NCBI RefSeq assembly: GCF_011745625.1
Contig: NW_027191468.1
Span: forward strand, 434,001 to 498,000
DNA length: 64,000 nt
Source of the DNA: Cladosporium halotolerans
Lineage: Eukaryota
Direction of reading: 5' to 3'
Each line of letters starts with the position of its first letter. Position 1 is the first letter of the stretch. Position numbers and translations under genes: made by a program. This document shows positions 57,823 through 64,000 of this stretch, piece after piece. A model generated the notes under the pieces. The model was not told where the DNA came from, searched no databases, and worked only from the letters and a program-made list of their open reading frames with translations.

Positions 57823-58298
57823 TGTGGACTTGCGGTTGGCGCGGCGGGGAGGTGAGGTGAGGTGAGGTATCAGATTAAAACATTAAAGGGAATTGCTCAA
57901 TTCATGGTCGTGAAGTTGCCGCCTATGAAGACAAAGATAGGAGATGCGGAATTATAAGGTTGCGACTCGTCGCGCAACATTTTCCTGCCTGTTCCTGGCC
58001 ATGACGTCCCTCCATCACCACACGTGGGGAGAGAGGCCCGGCTGGGGGCTGGAACTGTCTGCGCTGCGCTGCGCTGCGCAGAGGCGACGGCCGTGCGTGC
58101 AGGCTATGCAAGTCGCCACGGCGAGGCGCAGTGATATTAAAGCTGGTTTTTAGGCTCCTGCAGGCTGAAATGCTTGGTTTGAACTGTATAATTGACGCTC
58201 GCCACTGGAAATCACGCGTGGTATCTACAACTCGGTCGCGCACTGTGCTCTCCGCGAGCCCCTTTTATGTAGATTCGCCTCCCTCTCGGCCCTTAGCC

Positions 58299-59195
58299 TT
58301 AGCTGTGCTTCTTGACGACCGCCTTTGCCGCCTCGTCTAGGCTCTCGTCTTCCAGCCCGAGGCGCTCCATGGCGAAGTCGTCCCGCATCTCCCAGTTGCC
58401 CTCGACGGCGCCCAGCAGCCAGACGAGGTTCTCCAGCGCCTCCTTGTCGCCCTCGTCGCGCTTGATCATCTGCTGGCGCTCGTACGACTCGTCGTCGAGC
58501 CAGTTGATCTCATATTCCGCGTCGCTCGCGCGTCCGAACGCCTGTACGATGTCGAGCTGCGTGACGCAGAAGCTCTGCACGAACAGCACGCGGTTCGCCG
58601 TCACCTCCGGCCGCTGCAGGATGCGCGAGGTCGCGCGCCCGACCTGCGCCAGCGTGCTGTAGGACGCCTTGAGGTTCTTGACGATCTCCGCGCGCTTCTC
58701 CTTCGGCCACACGTGCAGGAAGGCCGGGTCCCAGTCGAAGAAGTGCCCGCAGACGACGCTCGACCAGGTGAAGTCCTCCTTGCTCTCCTCGGCGAGTTTG
58801 GTGAGGTAGCTGCGGAGCTCGGTCTTGTGCTTGAACAGCGGCACGCATTCCTGCGCGTGCTCGCTCGACGAGTCGACGGAGCCGAAGTCGGCTGGAATGA
58901 AGCGGCGCACGCCCGCCTGCACCGCCGCGTCGGCCAGCCGCTTTTGGATGTCGACCTGCGTGCCTTTGATCGTGACCACGACGGCGTCTTGGCCCTTGAA
59001 GATGGGCACCAGGTCCTCGACTTTGAAGGCGTCGTCGACTTCGGCCGTCTTGACCCCTGAGGGGTAGTCTGAGGGAGATTTTGACGAGGCTCGGCGCAGC
59101 ACTGTGACGGTGAAGCCATCTTTCACCAGGGCATCGAGCACCGCGGGGCCAACGGTGCCGTTGGCACCCAGCAGACAGACGTTCTTTATGGGCAT
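58299..59195 (-). CDS. NmrA-like / isoflavone-reductase-like NAD(P)-binding protein
   Basis: Rossmann motif GANGTVG, GVRRFIPADFGS and CGHFFDW. Single exon of 298 aa. Confidence 0.9.
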   Translation of the reverse strand: MPIKNVCLLGANGTVGPAVLDALVKDGFTVTVLRRASSKSPSDYPSGVKTAEVDDAFKVEDLVPIFKGQDAVVVTIKGTQVDIQKRLADAAVQAGVRRFIPADFGSVDSSSEHAQECVPLFKHKTELRSYLTKLAEESKEDFTWSSVVCGHFFDWDPAFLHVWPKEKRAEIVKNLKASYSTLAQVGRATSRILQRPEVTANRVLFVQSFCVTQLDIVQAFGRASDAEYEINWLDDESYERQQMIKRDEGDKEALENLVWLLGAVEGNWEMRDDFAMERLGLEDESLDEAAKAVVKKHS

Positions 59196-59933
59196 GGTTC
59201 GTTGATTTCGTGAGTCGTGAGTGGTTGAGAGACGTGGATTGAGAGTTTGGATGGTTTGGAGGACACGGGAGTGGCGTATTTGAGTCTACGTTACAGCAAA
59301 ACCCCAAGGCCAGGGCTCTGCCCGAAGGAATACCAACGGCTTTGCCTCGCCTGACAGGTCGTATCCAATGCCCTGTCACGCCGGTTACGTAGGAGGCACG
59401 TGGTCACGGGCGGTGCATGCCATTCTGTGACGTACGCGCGGAATGAGTAGCGTTTGTACTTGAGCGTCTCCACTACGTGCCTTGGCCTGCCTCGCCTGGG
59501 CGGCCAGGGACGGCTCCACTGCTTGTCCTGACCCACCTCGCTCCGACCTCATATCTTATCTTGAGGCGCAGCATCTGGTGTGCCTCAAGTGAGGACCAAC
59601 TCAAGTGAGGGCCAACATGAACTTGACGATTGTGAATCCATCGTGCCTCTCCAAACAATATCCTCGCCCAACCAAGCGGATTCGAGAGTACCCTACATAC
59701 GTTCGCGTCAATTCCAAGCTCGTTCATTGTCCAAACTACCGGCGTCTCTTTGTTTCTCGCCGCACTCACGCCCTTCCTATTGATGAGCGGAACACAGTCG
59801 AATCCATTCCTTTGTCCTCGAGAGCCAGAAGTGCCCGCCGCCTGATAATGCTTCTCCAACTCAATCACCTCCGCACTTTTGCTTTCCTCTATCCATACAG
59901 TCCCATCAGTGACAATAGAACAAGACCGCAACC

Positions 59934-60482
59934 ATGAAGTCCATCACGCAGCTCCTCCTGCTCGTCCTCGCCCTCCTGGCCTTAGCCTACGCCGAAGCCG
60001 AGCCCGAAGCGGCCAGCACAAACTGGCGCGGCAACGGTGGCGGAAGCGATGTTCGTTATTCCTCCTTCCTGTCCCCTCCCATGACACATGTATACTGACC
60101 AAGACGCTTCCTTCCAGTGGGGCAAAGCAGCCTGCATCAAGCGCGCGCCCAACGTCCAAAAGGCCATCGAGCAGTACTGCAACTACAGCAACGGATTCGT
60201 ACGCCTGCCCTCATCCCCCTTACTGTCCCCCCTCTTCCTCGCAACCCACTAACCCCCTTCCTCCCACAGTCCATTCCCAGCGTGCACTCCGGCAACCACA
60301 AGCGCGTGGGCAACGCGGTGGTCGGGATCACGGGCGGGTGCCGCCCGGCGCAGTGGCTGCCGTGGGACATCTGCTTCAAGCAGTTCTACGAGATGTGCGT
60401 GTCGGGCAACGGGCGCGGGGAGCAGTCGCGCGTGTACGGCAAGAAGAAGTGCCAGAAGTGGAAGATTTCGAACCCGAAGTAG
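59934..60482 (+). CDS. Small secreted cysteine-rich protein (136 aa, 6 Cys), effector candidate; exons 59934-60050, 60118-60198, 60270-60482
   Basis: Spliced translation MKSITQLLLLVLALLALAYAEAEPEAASTNWRGNGGGSD/WGKAACIKRAPNVQKAIEQYCNYSNGF/SIPSVH...GCRPAQWLPWDICFKQFYEMCVSGNGRGEQSRVYGKKKCQKWKISNPK. Both introns are phase 0 with branch points. Confidence 0.85.
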
Positions 60483-60570
60483 GGTTGGGAAGGGGTTGAC
60501 GAACGGATGTGAGGTGTTATGATGCTGTTTGTGGATTCGTTCGTGCTATCTGTCTGCTATTTGTATCGAA

Positions 60571-60598
60571 TGCTTGCTTGCTTGCTTGCTTGCTTGCT
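60571..60598. repeat. (TGCT)n microsatellite, about 7 units, in the 3' region of the secreted-protein gene
   Basis: tgcttgcttgcttgcttgcttgcttgct seen directly. Confidence 0.9.
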
Positions 60599-60989
60599 GT
60601 CTTGATCTATGGTTCGTCGCTATGTTCTTTTTTTCAGTTTGTGTCATTATTGGTTTTGGGGTAATTACGGTAGTGAGGCGGCGGCTCCTTGCCTTTCCCT
60701 GCCTTGCCTGTTATCCGGTGGTTCCGATGGGTATTGAAGTTTAGGCCCTTTGAAGTTTTCTGTTATGCTTTCGATGGGGTTTTTCGTCAAAATTATGCAG
60801 CCTTTGCCGGTTCGTCCGTTGCCCGCCCCTGGAGGTCCCTGTATCCCTCGCTCCCAGCCGGGTGATTATATGACGTACGAAAAAATGAACAAAAAGAAGT
60901 GCCGTGGAAGGGAAAGAGCTGTCTTCAGGAAGACGCGGGAAACTGAAACTGGAAAAAGGAAAAATAAGCTCGGGTGGATGAGCTTGCGC

Positions 60990-62989
60990 TCATATCGAAG
61001 TGATCCTCGTCGAGCCGTTGACGCCCTTCTTCGGTCGCAGAGTGATGACGTTCTCGAGCTCCTTCATCATGCTGGTGTTGGCTTCGCGCCGCGCCATCAA
61101 GCTCGTGCGCCGCTCGCGCTCCTGGTTCATCTGTGTGATGCGCTCTTCGCGCGTGAGGGAAGAGCGCTTCTTCGGCATCGCGATCGCTTCAAAGACTGCT
61201 TCGCCTTCTTCCGACGGCGACGTGCCCAAGCTCGAGCGATTGGATGCCATCCCGTCCCCGTCGCCTGAGAGCAGTTTCAGCGCGTTCATCGGTGAACCGT
61301 CTTCGTCGACGGCTGTCAGGCCGCCGAGGGATGACACGGGAGAGCGTAGACCGGAGGCGTTGGAGGCGAAGGAGAGGCGCTTTTCCTGCCGTGAGATGTT
61401 GGACTGCAGGCTTGCCTTGCCAGTTTCCCAAGCTTGCATGAGGTCTTTCAGATCGGTGCCGATGGAGTCGTATTGCGCCATCAGGTTTGGCCCGAGATCA
61501 GTCAGGTCATCAGATGATTCGATTGAGCGATTCGTCTCTTCCCGTAAGACCTGCATCTTGGCTTGCAGGCTGCGGATTCCAGACGACAGGGCCGAGATTT
61601 TGCGCACTTGGCTGCGCATGTTGTCGCGAGCTTGTCCGGGATTGGGAGACTTTATAACCGGTGTCGTGGGGACGTTGAGCGTTTCCATCTCGGCCATGAC
61701 AGATTGAATTTTATCCGCCGAGGACGCTAGTGTGCTGCTGAGCGAAAAGAGGAGCTCAGTCGCCGTGTGCCATCGGGTGAAATCAGGTTTGCCGCCGTCT
61801 GCTTCTAGAGACATGAGCCCAGAGACAAACACACGACGGAGAATACTCGCGCGGTATCCCAAAACTCGGAGTGATTTCAACGACTCCGCATCGTCTTCCA
61901 AAACACTGAGTGCGTCAGGGCCAGAAGCATCTTGTGCATCCTGCGAATTGATATCGTAGATATCGAAGTATCGATCCAGATCATCCTCGTTGATCAAAGT
62001 GCGCAGAGTCGAGATGCCGGCAATGCATGCTGGGATAAGTGAAGCGTACGATTTGTGAAGCATTTTCCGGAGCCTGGCGCAACGCCTCGCGGGGCCGCTA
62101 TCCTCAAGCCTCGAGACTGGTGGCAAGGGAGTGCTGAGCCTGTAGCCTTTGGATACCAGCTCGACCTCCTGAATGAATTGCAAAGCACTAGTGCTCGAGA
62201 TCTCGAACGCTTGCCAATTTGTTGTCAATTCCGTCGCGCCGCCTACGGCTTGTTGGCGGAGGTATTTTACCCACTGCTTTCGGACGTAAGCATAGCCCAC
62301 CAGCGCAAGCAGTGCAAAAACGGCCATCACAAAGGTTACGCGACCCTTGTTGAGATATCCTCCTTTTGCCGACCTTGCCCAATGGATCAACCAAACTGCT
62401 GCGAAAGCAACCCCTGCCGTTGCAGCCGCGCCATAGAGACTGTTCGCGTTGTTGAAAATGGCCGGTTCGTTCGCAACGCCATCTGCGCCCTGACTTGATA
62501 TGGCCGTAGGTGGTGGTAAGGAGCCTTGATCCAAATACTCGTTCAGTAGCTGTGAGGCCACCAGTGTGTAGCGGAAGTGCTCGAGGAACTTCGCATTGTC
62601 CGCAGCCCCAAGGCGGGAGTTGACAGCTGTTGACCAAGCATTGTGGAACTGGGTCAGGGAAGCTCGCGTGTTCGGAGGGCTCGCGATGTGTATGGGTGGG
62701 AGGATCTTCCGGCGCAGGCGTGACGCGGGTGCAGGCAACGCGCTCGAGGGAGCGAATGATGTGGGCTTGTCGGCATCTTGCGCTCGAAGAGAAGGACTGT
62801 GGTCTACGTCGCTGTCATGGCTTGGATCATACGAGCCCTCGCCTGCACGGCTCTTGTCAGCACGGCGCTTGCGAGCGTCTCCGCGGAAAGACGGTCCGAG
62901 AAGGTGGGCAGCGAGGATAGTAGTAGGATGGAGGACCAACCTTCCAAGTAGGCAGCTAGAGGTGTACCGTCTGCATATATGGGCTCCAT
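60990..62989 (-). CDS. Vezatin-like (myosin-binding domain) membrane protein, VezA-like; exons 62989-62941 and 62842-60990
   Basis: MEPIYADGTPLAAYLE/GEG start, FLEHFRYTLVASQLL, two TM helices, IQEVELVSKGYRLSTPLPPVSRLE and a C-terminal coiled coil with ELENVI. Confidence 0.85.
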
Positions 62990-64000
62990 TCCATGACCCG
63001 CCTACGGGCGTGGGGGCAACTCGCCGGTCAGATGGGATTCAGGGTGCGGCCGTCTGCGCGTGGGATGATGTTGGTGTTGGTGCTCGGCTTATGGCTTGTG
63101 GGTCGCGTGAGTTGGTGACTGGACTGGTATACGGCGGTGACAGGGTGTTGCGACAGAGTGTTGTTTGTTTGGGCAAGGTGACGCACGGCGGCAGAGGTCG
63201 AGATTACAGACCATGTGTTCCAAACGGCCGCATGGGCGAAGTTCATGGAGATCACAAGGGTTGGCGCAACGGTCCCCCTGGCGCTGGCGCGCCTAGACGT
63301 GCCGTCCGTCGCCAGTGCACGCGCTGCAGATTGTGGGGTCGGTCGGCCACATGCTTTGGATTGGAAACGTGGTGTGAGTGCCCTCAAGATTGTGCTGCAC
63401 CAGCATATGACAATACAGGAGTGGCTTCTCTGACTCTGACGCGTGGTTGATCGACGAACACACGGAATTGTGGTGCCTGGCTGATTAGACTTCCACCTTG
63501 CGTGACGCCGCCAGCATCAAACCTCCGAAGCCCATCGTCATCCGTCAACGGCCGGGCCCTGATGTGGGAATTATTAGCACGACGCCGTGGCGCGGGACAT
63601 GCGCCTCAATGAACGCCTCACTGGATCTACGCCTTACACATCTAAAAGGCATTTAAATTCGTTGCTGATTTGCAGCAAAACCACTTTCATTCGCAACTCG
63701 TTAATTTATGCACATGCACCGAGGGCAACGTCCAGAAAGAGTGCACGCCTTGCAAGGAAATACCATGCACTTCGGCGCTGACCTCACTCCGTCGACCGCT
63801 GCTGTATGCGGATTCACGCCTATACCTCGCGATTGTGCGATGATCGATCGATGTTGGACACCTGCATCTCCCATCTCAGCTCACTCACACCTAGGTAGCG
63901 AGACTGCCTTCCTTTCGATGATGTTTTGGGGCTATGTGCGGCCGTCTAGGGCCGAGGTGCTGCATAATTAGGTTGTTGCTGCGATAAGGCCGGCTGACTA

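Overview
Gene-dense, intron-containing nuclear DNA from a filamentous ascomycete (Pezizomycotina; GT-AG introns with CTRAC/CTAAY branch points). The class is not determinable from sequence alone. About 25 protein-coding genes can be reconstructed by hand. Well-recognised ones: RPS30, an Fmp46/DUF1687 protein, a dienelactone hydrolase, the nitrogen regulator areA/nit-2, two MFS transporters, a membrane-anchored GH3 beta-glucosidase, RRN5, DUF423/TMEM256, BUB2, a SulP sulfate permease, TOP1, ATP3, a mitochondrial KHE1-like protein, an NmrA-like reductase and vezatin. There is also a small secreted Cys-rich effector candidate. No transposon, tRNA, rRNA or CRISPR array was found. Most interesting unexplained structure: (1) a cluster of nine HGATAR sites about 3.7-4.1 kb upstream of areA; (2) an unannotated, apparently spliced and highly structured minus-strand unit with a box C/D motif, convergent with the areA 3' end; (3) a hydrolase whose alternative starts and stop-overlapping intron could give mitochondrial, cytosolic and peroxisomal (-SKI) isoforms; (4) a divergent pair of a secreted HEXXH metalloprotease, whose in-frame TAA overlaps a perfect GTAAGT donor, and a signal-peptide plus HDEL protein with a possible Hsp70/actin-like fold. 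All splice models were read by eye and need RNA-seq confirmation.
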